Assembly: GCA_002796345.1 (NCBI GenBank)
Contig: PCXC01000081.1
Location: forward strand, 27,314 to 91,313
DNA: 64,000 nt
Direction of reading: 5' to 3'
DNA from: Deltaproteobacteria bacterium CG11_big_fil_rev_8_21_14_0_20_42_23
Lineage (GTDB): Bacteria > UBA10199 > 2-02-FULL-44-16
Each line of letters opens with the position of its first letter. Position 1 is the first letter of the stretch. Shown in pieces: positions 1-9,509 of this stretch. A model generated the notes under the pieces. That model had not been told where the DNA came from. It saw only the letters and a list, made by a program, of their open reading frames with translations, and did not search any database. Position numbers and translations under genes: made by a program.

Positions 1-1359
1 TAAAACGTGGAGGACTTCTATAGTGTCATCTACATCTGGGAAAAAATCATTTTCAAATTCAAACGCCCAACCACCAGGCTCAACATCTTTTTTACACTTC
101 ACTGCCCAGTCACCTTTAATTTCTGTAATTTGTTTTTTGAGCAACCATCTTCCTGTTTTTAAAAGAGCCGGATGATCTGACGGCACACCTGCTTCTAACA
201 AAGCTACAATCATCCATGGAGTATCCCAAACGGGAGAAACACAACATTGTTGGTGCACGCGAAGCTTGTGATCGAGCTCTTTGTGTTCTTTCCAACTACT
301 TGTTGCACTTACGCTAATGTGCTCATTGCGTTGACGAAGTTCGGAAGGGCGTATTTCACCATCGTCTCTCACTTCATCTGGAAGCGAAGGAAGCTCTGAT
401 TCAATATAATGTTGCTGAAACATTTTAAGGGCATCGAGAGGCTTTTGAATTTCAGGCTCGCTCACTGCATATCCAAGGGTATGATAGGCTATTACTGCAT
501 TTGCCAGCGCTGGATAAATATCTTCTACTTTTTCTACGTGATCCCAGATCCAGGTTTTTGCTTTTTTGAGTGAGAGTTTTCGAAGCGGTTTCAGCGGTGT
601 TTTTTCAACAAACTTCAAAAATTTATCGATGTAGATGAAAAGATTTTCCGGAGAAAGTTTTCCCTTATCTGTTTTGTAACTAAAATCTCTGTTTTCACTT
701 GAGTTGACATAAAGTTCATCTACATGAAATTTTTCATCAAGCACCTTGAGTGGTCGCAACGATAAAATAATGAGAAGGGGAACGATAGAAGCTCTTGCCC
801 AACTAGAAAATTCGTAGATGTTAATGGGAAACCAGTCCGGCAGCAAAATTAACTCTACAGGCATAGAGGGGCAAGCCCACCACGGAACCTGGCCAAACCA
901 CGCCAAATGAATTTTGGTGAAGATTCTAGCTTTTTCAATGCCACCAGCCGAGAGAATATAAGCGCGAGCCTTTTGCAAAGCAGGATCATCGGGAGAAAAG
1001 CCTGCAAGCTTCAAGGCAAAATAGCATTCGATACTCGTGGAAAGATCTGCTTTCCCTTTATGCGACAATGACCAGGAGCCATCTTCACGCTGCACATCCA
1101 AAATTCTTCGCGCGATACCTGCCTGTGTGGTTTCATCAACACACTCAATAAAGTGCATGAGCATAATAAATTCAGCACCAATTTGCTCGTTGGCTTCAAG
1201 GCTAAACCACCAATAGCCGTCGCTGCGTTGAAGGCTAAGCATGTGGTTGATTGAGGTGTTAAGGTCTAAATTTTCTGCAAACTGTGCATATTCAGAAACA
1301 ATTTTGGACTCTAAGGGAAGTTTGCGATCAAGGTTGGAAGACGAAGAAATATCCTGCAT
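1..1359 (-). CDS. shc: squalene-hopene cyclase, N-terminal ~450 aa; gene continues past window start
   Basis: Manual minus-strand translation from ATG at 1357-1359 (MQDISSS...). It contains the GGWAFEFENDFFPDVDDT segment, i.e. the DxDDTA proton-donor motif of class II terpene cyclases, and QW-like repeats. It is absent from the ORF track because it is edge-truncated. Confidence 0.75.
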   Translation of the reverse strand, partial: MQDISSSSNLDRKLPLESKIVSEYAQFAENLDLNTSINHMLSLQRSDGYWWFSLEANEQIGAEFIMLMHFIECVDETTQAGIARRILDVQREDGSWSLSHKGKADLSTSIECYFALKLAGFSPDDPALQKARAYILSAGGIEKARIFTKIHLAWFGQVPWWACPSMPVELILLPDWFPINIYEFSSWARASIVPLLIILSLRPLKVLDEKFHVDELYVNSSENRDFSYKTDKGKLSPENLFIYIDKFLKFVEKTPLKPLRKLSLKKAKTWIWDHVEKVEDIYPALANAVIAYHTLGYAVSEPEIQKPLDALKMFQQHYIESELPSLPDEVRDDGEIRPSELRQRNEHISVSATSSWKEHKELDHKLRVHQQCCVSPVWDTPWMIVALLEAGVPSDHPALLKTGRWLLKKQITEIKGDWAVKCKKDVEPGGWAFEFENDFFPDVDDTIEVLHVL

Positions 1360-1679
1360 AAAAATCCTCACGAAAGGTTCAAGAAGTCAGGGTTTCTCGC
1401 ATGATTTTTTGAAAATGTCGAGAAAAGAAATGGCCGTAAAGACCTGCAGATACAAGTTTAAAGCACTGGAATAACACCCCTCATCTTAGTGAGAAGAAAA
1501 GGGTGCTGAGATCCACAAAAGGGAAAGACGAAGAAAAGTGAACAAGGAATGAGGGGTATAAGATCCAAAAATGAGCAAAGGACGTCAACCCTTGAATCCT
1601 AACTCTAACATATATTAAGTCGCATAATATATATTATGTTAAACAATATATCGGAACTCTTCATATCTCTGCTTATCAT

Positions 1680-2198
1680 TTAGAGTTTATACGTAAATTT
1701 AAGTTCTTCTAAAGTTTGAGAGCCTATCTCTATAACCCTTGTTCCACCCAGTTTTCCCGCCATACGGGTATAGAATCCGCGCCCGCTTTCATTGGCTTTA
1801 AGCACCCAGAGATAGCACGCATTATATCCAAGGCATTTTAGCTCGCTACAGGCCTTCAAAAATAAAGCCTTACCGAGGCCTTGACCTTGGAAGGTTTTGT
1901 CAATGTAGAGCGCGTAGATTTCACCACCTTCAAGATCTTCTCGAGGACTTCCATATCTTACGAAACCAATGATTTCATTTTTTTGCAGAGCAACAAAAGT
2001 ACCTTGATCATGTTTCTTTTTCTGAAAAAAACTTTTCCACAGTTGAAGATAATACTCTACACGTAAGTTATCCAAGTAATCCGCAGAGACAATGCCTACA
2101 TAGCTTTGCTGCCATACCTTCAAGTGAAGTTTTGCTAAATTGTTTAAGTGAGATGCGTCGGGTTTTTGGATGGTGAAGTTCAAAGTATCTTTCTGCAT
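1680..2198 (-). CDS. GNAT family N-acetyltransferase
   Basis: 172 aa with the acetyl-CoA binding motif QGQGLGKALF typical of GNAT motif A. Confidence 0.75.
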   Translation of the reverse strand: MQKDTLNFTIQKPDASHLNNLAKLHLKVWQQSYVGIVSADYLDNLRVEYYLQLWKSFFQKKKHDQGTFVALQKNEIIGFVRYGSPREDLEGGEIYALYIDKTFQGQGLGKALFLKACSELKCLGYNACYLWVLKANESGRGFYTRMAGKLGGTRVIEIGSQTLEELKFTYKL

Positions 2199-2213
2199 TT
2201 TTAAAAAAAAAAA

Positions 2214-3125
2214 TTACGGATGTGTTTGTCCGATGGTTTCTAAACTTAAACCTTTTTCTTCGAAATATTTTTTTAATTCTTTGATCATTTTACTTTCAAT
2301 TTGTCGCACACGTTCTTTGGTGATTCCATATTCGTCTGCAATATCTTGAAGTGTTTTTGGAAGTTCTGCTAATAAACGTTCTTGAAAAATATGTAGCTCT
2401 CGTTCGTTTAAATTTTTTGAAAATTCACTAAACATATTTTCAAGAATATTTTGCGACTGTTCATCTGCTAAAACTTCATCGGCAGGTTTTTCTTCAGCTG
2501 GAAGAAAATCTCTTAATTGCGCGGAGCTTTCATCACCTGATTTTGAACCAATGGGAGCCTCTAAGGCATACTCTGACTGCGTTAGCCGCTTTTCCATTTC
2601 GATGATATCTTTTTCACCTACACCAAGCTGCTTTGAAAGCACCGCTGGCGTTGCAGCAAACCCCATGGCTTCGATTTTTTCTTTTTCACGAATGAGATTG
2701 TAAAATAATTTCTTTTGCGTTTTGGTGGTTCCGATTTTTACAAGACGAAAATTGTCAACGATGTATTTGAGAATATAAGATTTAATCCACCACTGAGCAT
2801 AATAACCAAGCCTAGCACCTTTATCTGGATCGTAGGTTTTTACAGCCTTGAGAAGACCAAGATTTCCTTCTTGAAGTAAGTCCAAAACATTTTGATAAGC
2901 TGAGCGATACTCAAGAGCAATTTTTGCTACAAGCCGCAAATGTGACATGACCAATTTTTTTGCAGCCTCAACATCGGCAGTTTCACGATAGCGTTTGAAG
3001 AGATCTTTTTCTTCCTGCTCGGTAAGCATGAGATAGGCATGAACTTCACGAAGATACTTTGACAATTCACTTTGTTTTGCCAACGTACCAAAAGATGTGG
3101 GAAGATTTTTCTTTTTGTCTTTCAT
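2214..3125 (-). CDS. rpoH: RNA polymerase sigma-70 family factor, RpoH-like
   Basis: Region 2 (LRLVAKIALEYRS...GNLGLLKAVKTYDPDKGARLGYYAQWWIKSYI), an RpoH-box-like TQKKLFYNLIREK, and region 4 (LQDIADEYGITKERVRQIE). The start was chosen at MKDKKK to avoid overlap with the upstream gene; an alternative start is at 3173. Confidence 0.6.
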   Translation of the reverse strand: MKDKKKNLPTSFGTLAKQSELSKYLREVHAYLMLTEQEEKDLFKRYRETADVEAAKKLVMSHLRLVAKIALEYRSAYQNVLDLLQEGNLGLLKAVKTYDPDKGARLGYYAQWWIKSYILKYIVDNFRLVKIGTTKTQKKLFYNLIREKEKIEAMGFAATPAVLSKQLGVGEKDIIEMEKRLTQSEYALEAPIGSKSGDESSAQLRDFLPAEEKPADEVLADEQSQNILENMFSEFSKNLNERELHIFQERLLAELPKTLQDIADEYGITKERVRQIESKMIKELKKYFEEKGLSLETIGQTHP

Positions 3126-3135
3126 GATCGCAAAA

Positions 3136-4416
3136 TTACTGTTCGCACACGTGATGTCCAGCTTTAAAAACACCCTTCACCTTTCCCTGTAATCTCCACT
3201 CTTTCTGTGGAGCGTTTCTGGAACGAGATGCAAAATGTGTACTTTGAAGGGTGTACTCCTCATCCAGATCAATGAGACAGATGTCAGCATTGGCACCAAC
3301 TTGCAGGCTGCCCTTCCCTTTCAAACCATAGATTCGAGCAGGCGATGCAGTGAGGGCATCGAGGGCACGTTTTAGGCTTAGTTTTTTCTCTTTCACAAGG
3401 GTGAACACAATAAGACTTGCTACATCTATACTTGAAGCTCCAAAGGGAGAAAAATCAAAACCATGTTCTTTATCAGTAACAGCATGAGGCTCGTGATTGC
3501 TCACTACAATATCGAGCGTTCCATCATTTAAGGCCGCCAGCAAAGCCTCTTGATCTCGTTGTGTGCGAAGAGGTGGATATATTTTTGAGTTAGGATTGTA
3601 ATCACACAAGGCTTCATCTGTAAGAAAAAGATGGTAAGCCGAAACACCTGCAGTTACTTGTACACCTTGCTTTTTTGCTTTTCGAATCAGATCAACACCT
3701 GCGGCAGAACTTACGTGTGCAACATGCAGCTTTGATCCGGTGAGAGCAGCAAGCATTAAATCTCGAGAAAGCAAAATTTCTTCACTTAAGGCCGGCATTC
3801 CTTTTAGGCCAAGTCGCGTAGAAACATTTCCTTCGTGCATCACACCATCAACGCAAAGCGTTTTATCGTAACCCGTAGAAAGAATGGGAAGATTAAAGCT
3901 TAAGGCATATTCCATTGCTCTTCTTAGCATTCCACTTGAAAGTGTCTCGGCAGTATACAGGTGAGAAAGCGCTACAGCACCGCTTTGAGAAAGATCACCA
4001 ATATCTGCCATCTGTTTTGCTTCATGATTTTTGGTAAGAGCTGCAATGGGAAAAACATCAACAAGCCCAATCTCCTTTGCTCTTGAAATAATGTAAGCAT
4101 TTGTTGAAGCGTTGTCGTTTACAGGAGAAGTTTTTGGCGTACAGCAAACTGAAGTATATCCAGCTTTGTTGGCAGCTTGAGAAAAACTTCGAAGATCTTC
4201 TTTATATTCAAAACCAGGTTCGCCGCAATGAGCGTATCCATCTATGAATCCGGGGAATACATGCAAACCGTTTGCATCAAAAATTTTTTCTGATTTTTGT
4301 GGAGTATATTTTTCTTCAAGCGCAAGAATTTTTCCTTTTTCGATCACAAGATTTAGTTTTTTCTCTGATTGTTGTGAAGGATCAAATACTTTTCCGTTTA
4401 TAATCACGCACTTCAT
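3136..4416 (-). CDS. pyrC: dihydroorotase-like amidohydrolase, probably non-catalytic PyrC'
   Basis: Amidohydrolase fold homologous to type I DHOase. The metal-binding D-x-H-x-H-L-R-E-P-G signature reads DGYAHCGEPG, so the first His and the Arg are replaced. It lies directly downstream of pyrB. Confidence 0.7.
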   Translation of the reverse strand: MKCVIINGKVFDPSQQSEKKLNLVIEKGKILALEEKYTPQKSEKIFDANGLHVFPGFIDGYAHCGEPGFEYKEDLRSFSQAANKAGYTSVCCTPKTSPVNDNASTNAYIISRAKEIGLVDVFPIAALTKNHEAKQMADIGDLSQSGAVALSHLYTAETLSSGMLRRAMEYALSFNLPILSTGYDKTLCVDGVMHEGNVSTRLGLKGMPALSEEILLSRDLMLAALTGSKLHVAHVSSAAGVDLIRKAKKQGVQVTAGVSAYHLFLTDEALCDYNPNSKIYPPLRTQRDQEALLAALNDGTLDIVVSNHEPHAVTDKEHGFDFSPFGASSIDVASLIVFTLVKEKKLSLKRALDALTASPARIYGLKGKGSLQVGANADICLIDLDEEYTLQSTHFASRSRNAPQKEWRLQGKVKGVFKAGHHVCEQ

Positions 4417-4451
4417 TTTTTTTTCACTTTCTAAGCTTTCGCCTGAAAATA

Positions 4452-5393
4452 TTATTGTGCAGTCTCGTCATGGGTTCCCATGAGTAAGTAAAGAAGCGCC
4501 ATTCTAATCGCAACTCCATTTGTTACCTGGGGAAGGATAACAGAACGAGGACCATCAATGACAGACTGGGCAAGTTCTACACCTCTGTTTACGGGACCTG
4601 GATGCATAATGATTAAATCATTTTTTGCGCCTTTTAATTTTTCATCATCAATTCCAAAATATTTTGCGTATTCGAGATCGTTTGGAAAATATTGCTCTCC
4701 CATTCTTTCGCGTTGAATACGAAGCGCCATCAACACATCAAGTTCGGGAATTATTTCTTCTGTATTTGTTACCACAGTTACATTGTATTGCTCTAACCCT
4801 GGAGGCATCAATGTTGGCGGGCCAGAAACAAACACTTCCATTCCCATGCGCGAAAATAAAATCATATTACTTCGTGCAACACGCGAATGAGCGATGTCGC
4901 CCACAATAGCAACTTTTAAGCCTTTTACTTTTTTCTTCTTTTCTTTGATCGTAAACAAATCGAGCAACGCCTGAGTTGGGTGTTCGTGAGCACCATCTCC
5001 TGCATTAATAACATGGCCGGAAACAAGCTCTGATGCTAGCTTTGCTGCCCCAGACTGACCATGACGAATAATCCACACATCAGGATTCATCGCTTCAATA
5101 TTCAGCAGAGTATCGTTGAGGCTTTCCCCTTTTTTGGACATGGCACTTCCTGAAGCTGAGAAATTTAAGATATCTGCCGAGAGTCGTTTTTCCGCAACCT
5201 CAAAAGACATGCGGGTTCGTGTAGAGGTTTCGAAGAAACAATTAACTACTGTTTTTCCACGAAGCGTTGGAACTTTTTTAATTTCACGTTCAGAAATATC
5301 TTTAAAACTTTCTGCAGTGCTTAGAATAAGCTCTACATCTGCGTTTGAAAGATTATTAATAGAGAGAAGATGGCGGCAAGATAAGTTGCTCAT
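4452..5393 (-). CDS. pyrB: aspartate carbamoyltransferase catalytic subunit
   Basis: STRTR carbamoyl-phosphate motif (FFETSTRTRMSFE), HPTQALLD, and HPGP(V)NRG. Confidence 0.9.
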   Translation of the reverse strand: MSNLSCRHLLSINNLSNADVELILSTAESFKDISEREIKKVPTLRGKTVVNCFFETSTRTRMSFEVAEKRLSADILNFSASGSAMSKKGESLNDTLLNIEAMNPDVWIIRHGQSGAAKLASELVSGHVINAGDGAHEHPTQALLDLFTIKEKKKKVKGLKVAIVGDIAHSRVARSNMILFSRMGMEVFVSGPPTLMPPGLEQYNVTVVTNTEEIIPELDVLMALRIQRERMGEQYFPNDLEYAKYFGIDDEKLKGAKNDLIIMHPGPVNRGVELAQSVIDGPRSVILPQVTNGVAIRMALLYLLMGTHDETAQ

Positions 5394-5401
5394 GAAATAT
5401 C

Positions 5402-5929
5402 CTATGTGGTTTTGATGCTCACCTGGTTAATATTGTCCGTTTCTTGAAACATGACTTTTACATTTTCGTTTGAAGTGGTTTCAATTTTTTTGGCAACATA
5501 CTCTGCTTGAATGGGAAGTTCTCGCCAGCCACGGTCAACCATCACCATCAGTTTTACAAAACGTGGACGACCATAATCAAGCAAGGCATCCAACGCCGAG
5601 CACACGGTTCTGCCAGTGTACAGCACATCATCAACCAAAATAATTCCGCGACCGTTAATGGAAAATGGAAGCTCAGTCTTTTTTACGCAGGGTTGTTCGC
5701 CCACTTCTGAAAGATCATCACGATAAAGATTGATGTCGAGCATTCCCACTTCAATAGGTTTACCTTGCACAGCTTCAATTTTTTTTGCTAACCATGTGGC
5801 AAGAGGAACGCCTCTTGTTCGAATCCCAACAAGAGAAACATTGTCTGTTCCATCTTCAACAATTTTACGGGCTATCATATCGATAGCTTGATCCATCTGG
5901 CTTTCGCTCATCAAGAGGCGCGCGGTCAT
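5402..5929 (-). CDS. pyrR: PyrR bifunctional pyrimidine operon regulator / uracil phosphoribosyltransferase
   Basis: PRTase PRPP-binding motif ILVDDVLYTGRTV. The start at MTARLL is preceded by GAAGGAG 7 nt upstream; the ORF-track start at 5968 lacks an RBS. Confidence 0.8.
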   Translation of the reverse strand: MTARLLMSESQMDQAIDMIARKIVEDGTDNVSLVGIRTRGVPLATWLAKKIEAVQGKPIEVGMLDINLYRDDLSEVGEQPCVKKTELPFSINGRGIILVDDVLYTGRTVCSALDALLDYGRPRFVKLMVMVDRGWRELPIQAEYVAKKIETTSNENVKVMFQETDNINQVSIKTT

Positions 5930-5992
5930 AAGAACTCCTTCGTGATGCTCATCTTTGGCTTTTTGCAAAAGCCAAAAAACATGAACGTAGTT

Positions 5993-6025
5993 AAAAAAAA
6001 GCCTCCCTCGTCAAGCCAGGGAGGC
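5993..6025 (-). terminator. rho-independent terminator after lepB; may double as the pyr leader attenuator hairpin
   Basis: On the minus-strand transcript: GCCUCCCU-GGCUUGACG-AGGGAGGC stem-loop followed by U8. A second small hairpin (GGCUUUUUGCAAAAGCC, 5946-5962) lies between it and the pyrR RBS. Confidence 0.6.
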
Positions 6026-6130
6026 AAAACTTACAGCTGCTGATTTTTCCATCGTATTCGTACATTTTCGGGTGCTGATCTTGTCGATCTGAAGCTGAAT
6101 GTCAACGGCTAATTGGCAAAAGGCTGCTTT

Positions 6131-6856
6131 TTATCTAATCATCCGCCCAAACTCGTGCCAGCGAATGCCACCTTGATCGCGATCGAGAGAAAGCCAAACA
6201 AACAACGCCTTTCCCTTCAAGTTTTCGATGGGCACAAAGCCCCATTCTCGGCTATCTCTGGAGTTATCCCTGTTATCGCCCATCACAAAGAGATGGCCCT
6301 CGGGGACAGTGATTTCGCGCTCTTCCCGGCCAACATACTTTTCGTATTGCACAACGTATTTCTTGCCATCGAAGTACTCTTCGTAAAAATCAAAATCATT
6401 CCATCCGGAAACATAGGGAATGCGTCTGATATCACCATTTTTGAGTTCGAGGACACGCTTACTGCTTAAAGCCTGGCTCACCTCAAGCTTCTTTCTTTGA
6501 AGCTGTTGCCCATTCAGATATACTTCACTGCCACGAAGTGTAATCTTGTCACCCGGAAGACCAATAACGCGCTTAATATAGTCGAGGCTTTCATCTTCTG
6601 GATAAATGAACACGATCACGTCTCCATGATGAGGAACTCCGTGATCGATGAGACGATATTTTGTAAAAGGAACACGAACACCATAAGCAAACTTATTCAC
6701 AAAAATATGATCTCCAATTGAAAGCGTTGGAATCATCGAGCCGCTTGGAATTTTGAAGGCTTCAACCACAAACGCACGCACCACAAAGGCTACAAGGCCG
6801 GCAATGATAAGCGCCTCAGCATATTCACGAAATTTGCTTTTCTTTTTCATGTTCAT
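6131..6856 (-). CDS. lepB: signal peptidase I
   Basis: SGSMIPTL serine box and GDNRDNSRDSR box E. The start at MNMKKKSK is preceded by AAGGA; the longer ORF-track N-terminus overlaps lepA. Confidence 0.85.
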   Translation of the reverse strand: MNMKKKSKFREYAEALIIAGLVAFVVRAFVVEAFKIPSGSMIPTLSIGDHIFVNKFAYGVRVPFTKYRLIDHGVPHHGDVIVFIYPEDESLDYIKRVIGLPGDKITLRGSEVYLNGQQLQRKKLEVSQALSSKRVLELKNGDIRRIPYVSGWNDFDFYEEYFDGKKYVVQYEKYVGREEREITVPEGHLFVMGDNRDNSRDSREWGFVPIENLKGKALFVWLSLDRDQGGIRWHEFGRMIR

Positions 6857-6858
6857 CC

Positions 6859-8658
6859 TTACTTTTTGGTTGAGAGTACACTTCGAAAAGCTTCTTGTGG
6901 AATTTCTACACTTCCCACTTGTTTCATTCTTTTCTTTCCAGCTTTTTGTTTTTCGAGGAGCTTTCTTTTTCGAGTTATATCTCCGCCGTAGCATTTTGCA
7001 GTTACATCTTTTCTCATTGCCTTCACGGTTTCTCGCGCAATAATTTTTGCACCGACAGCGGCTTGTATCGCAACATCATACATTTGCCGCGGGATGATGT
7101 CTTTCATTCTTGCAACAAGGTCTCTTCCTCTCCGTTGGGCTTCGTCTCTGTGGACAATAATGGACAAGGCATCGACGTTATCTCCGTTGATAAGAACACT
7201 CAATTTTACAAGTGGAGCAGCTCTGTATTCTCTTAATTCATAATCCAGTGAAGCATATCCGCGTGATGCAGATTTGAGTTGATCGTAAAAATCTACCATC
7301 AGCTCACTAAAGGGCAAAAGATACTGAACCATCACTCGGTCGCGACCAAAATATTCCATGTGCTGCTGCTCGCCACGCTTGGTTTGACACAACCCAAGAA
7401 TACCTCCCAAATATTCTGAGGGAGTATGAACGGTGACCAACACATATGGTTCTAAAATTTGGCTAATTTCTGAAGGATCGGGAAGTTTGGCAGGACTATG
7501 AACTTCAAGTTCTTTTCCGCTATGGGTTTCCACCTTGTAGACAACCGTTGGTGCAGTGGAAATAAGATTGATGTTGTATTCGCGCTCGAGACGTTCTTGA
7601 ACAATTTCGATGTGAAGTGAACCTAAGAAGCCGCAACGAAATCCAAAACCAAGTGCTAAAGAAGTTTCGGGCTCGAAGGTAAACGCCGCATCATTGAGTT
7701 TTAATTTTTCAAGTGCCTCGCGCAAATCTTCGTACTGCGCGGAATCTACGGGATACAAACCTGCAAACACCATCGACTTTACTTCTTGAAAACCTTTCAA
7801 AGGATTTGCAGCGGGACGATCTAGAGAAGTAATGGTATCTCCAATTTGCGCATCAACCACGTCTTTAATATTAGCAACAACAAAACCTACTTCACCAGCT
7901 GTGAGTTCATTAATCTCCTTCGGAAGCGGCGTAAATTGGCCAAGCTTTAACACTTCAAAACTTTTTCCCAAATGCATGAAGTGCACTTTCATGCCTTTGG
8001 CAATTTTTCCTTCCACTACTCTGGCCAGTACCACCACACCTTGGTAGACATCGAACCAGCTGTCGAAAATGAGAGCACGAAGCGGTTCTTCTTCACTTCC
8101 TTTTGGAGGTGGAAGAAAATTCACAATGCCTTCAAGCAAATCTTTTACTCCAGCTCCAGTTTTTGCAGAAACAGGAATGGCAAGAGATGCATCAATACCA
8201 AGGGTTTCCTCAATTTCTTCTTTTACTCGTTCAACATCGGCACTTGGCAAATCGATTTTATTTATGACGGGGATGATCTCTAAATTTCCCGCCATGGCAA
8301 TGAGAGCATTGGCAATAGTTTGCGCTTGCACACCTTGCGTAGCATCAACAATGAGAAGAGCGCCTTCACATGCTTGAAGTGAACGTGAAACTTCGTAGTG
8401 AAAGTCAACATGGCCCGGAGTATCAATAAGATTGAGCACATACTTTTCACCAGCAAGTGAAGTGTAAGGCAAAGTTACCGTTTGCGCTTTAATGGTTATC
8501 CCTCGCTCGCGTTCAATATCCATCTGGTCTAAGAACTGTTCTCGCTTTTCACGATCGCTCACAGCGCCTGTTATGTCCAAAATTCGATCGGCAAGTGTAG
8601 ACTTTCCATGATCAATATGAGCAATAATTGAAAAATTTCGTATATGATTTTTATCCAT
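6859..8658 (-). CDS. lepA: elongation factor 4
   Basis: 599 aa with the G-domain [10 protein letters not shown] and a LepA-specific C-terminal domain. Conserved lepA-lepB order. Confidence 0.95.
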   Translation of the reverse strand: MDKNHIRNFSIIAHIDHGKSTLADRILDITGAVSDREKREQFLDQMDIERERGITIKAQTVTLPYTSLAGEKYVLNLIDTPGHVDFHYEVSRSLQACEGALLIVDATQGVQAQTIANALIAMAGNLEIIPVINKIDLPSADVERVKEEIEETLGIDASLAIPVSAKTGAGVKDLLEGIVNFLPPPKGSEEEPLRALIFDSWFDVYQGVVVLARVVEGKIAKGMKVHFMHLGKSFEVLKLGQFTPLPKEINELTAGEVGFVVANIKDVVDAQIGDTITSLDRPAANPLKGFQEVKSMVFAGLYPVDSAQYEDLREALEKLKLNDAAFTFEPETSLALGFGFRCGFLGSLHIEIVQERLEREYNINLISTAPTVVYKVETHSGKELEVHSPAKLPDPSEISQILEPYVLVTVHTPSEYLGGILGLCQTKRGEQQHMEYFGRDRVMVQYLLPFSELMVDFYDQLKSASRGYASLDYELREYRAAPLVKLSVLINGDNVDALSIIVHRDEAQRRGRDLVARMKDIIPRQMYDVAIQAAVGAKIIARETVKAMRKDVTAKCYGGDITRKRKLLEKQKAGKKRMKQVGSVEIPQEAFRSVLSTKK

Positions 8659-8744
8659 AGAGAAAATACTTGATTACGGAAATTCGTAACTGATGTGAAG
8701 AGAGTTAACCCAATTATTTTAAATGTTCACAAGAGGTCTATTCC

Positions 8745-9509
8745 TTACTGCTCATTTAAAACAACCAATGCTTCAACGCCTTCTCGTTTATTTAAATCTG
8801 AAAGATAACCACTTGCCTCGTCTTTTGAATTGAAACCACCAATTCTCACACGATACCAACGGCCCCTGTCAGGAATGTCAGCAATCATCATATATGCAGG
8901 GTAGCCAAGCTTTTTCCATTTTTCTACGATACCGTTTGCTTCTGGAAGCTCTGGGTATGAACCCACTTGAATTGAATATCGCGCAGAGTCGGAAGATTTT
9001 ACACGCACAACTCCCGATGGTGTTGCATCAGGGCTATCAGCAACTTCTTCACTTGGGCTTGCTTCAATTTTTTCTGCAACCATATTTTCTGTTGCTGCTT
9101 CTTGTTTCACTTCCACTCCATTTTTTACAATTTGCACAGCTTCTTGCTTCATCGCATCAACTTTATCTTGCGTGGGCCTTGCCTGCAACATCGCTGCTAT
9201 GCGTTCTTTAAGCTCTGGTGTTTTTGCTTTATCCATTAACTCTTGAGCCAACTTTAAAACTTCAGGATCATCGGTGGTTTGAACGGTAAGCTTTGGTGAA
9301 TAATCCGAAGGTGAATCGGCAACAGTTTGTGAAGCTTCAAGAGAAACGGGAAGACCTAAAAAATCGGCGCCATATTTCGCTCCCAGATAAAAAACAAAAA
9401 AGAGCGTAAACACTTCAAGCAAAAGAATGGAAAAAAATTGCCCAAAGGTAAATCTGCAAAAAAAGCTATCGTCTTGTTGCTGTTTTTTATGGCGTTGGTA
9501 CTCGCTCAC
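8745..9509 (-). CDS. SPOR-domain membrane protein (DedD/FtsN-like)
   Basis: N-terminal TM segment, a Pro/Glu/Ala-rich linker, and a C-terminal SPOR fold (YSIQVGSY...WYRVRIGGF). Confidence 0.65.
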   Translation of the reverse strand: MSEYQRHKKQQQDDSFFCRFTFGQFFSILLLEVFTLFFVFYLGAKYGADFLGLPVSLEASQTVADSPSDYSPKLTVQTTDDPEVLKLAQELMDKAKTPELKERIAAMLQARPTQDKVDAMKQEAVQIVKNGVEVKQEAATENMVAEKIEASPSEEVADSPDATPSGVVRVKSSDSARYSIQVGSYPELPEANGIVEKWKKLGYPAYMMIADIPDRGRWYRVRIGGFNSKDEASGYLSDLNKREGVEALVVLNEQ

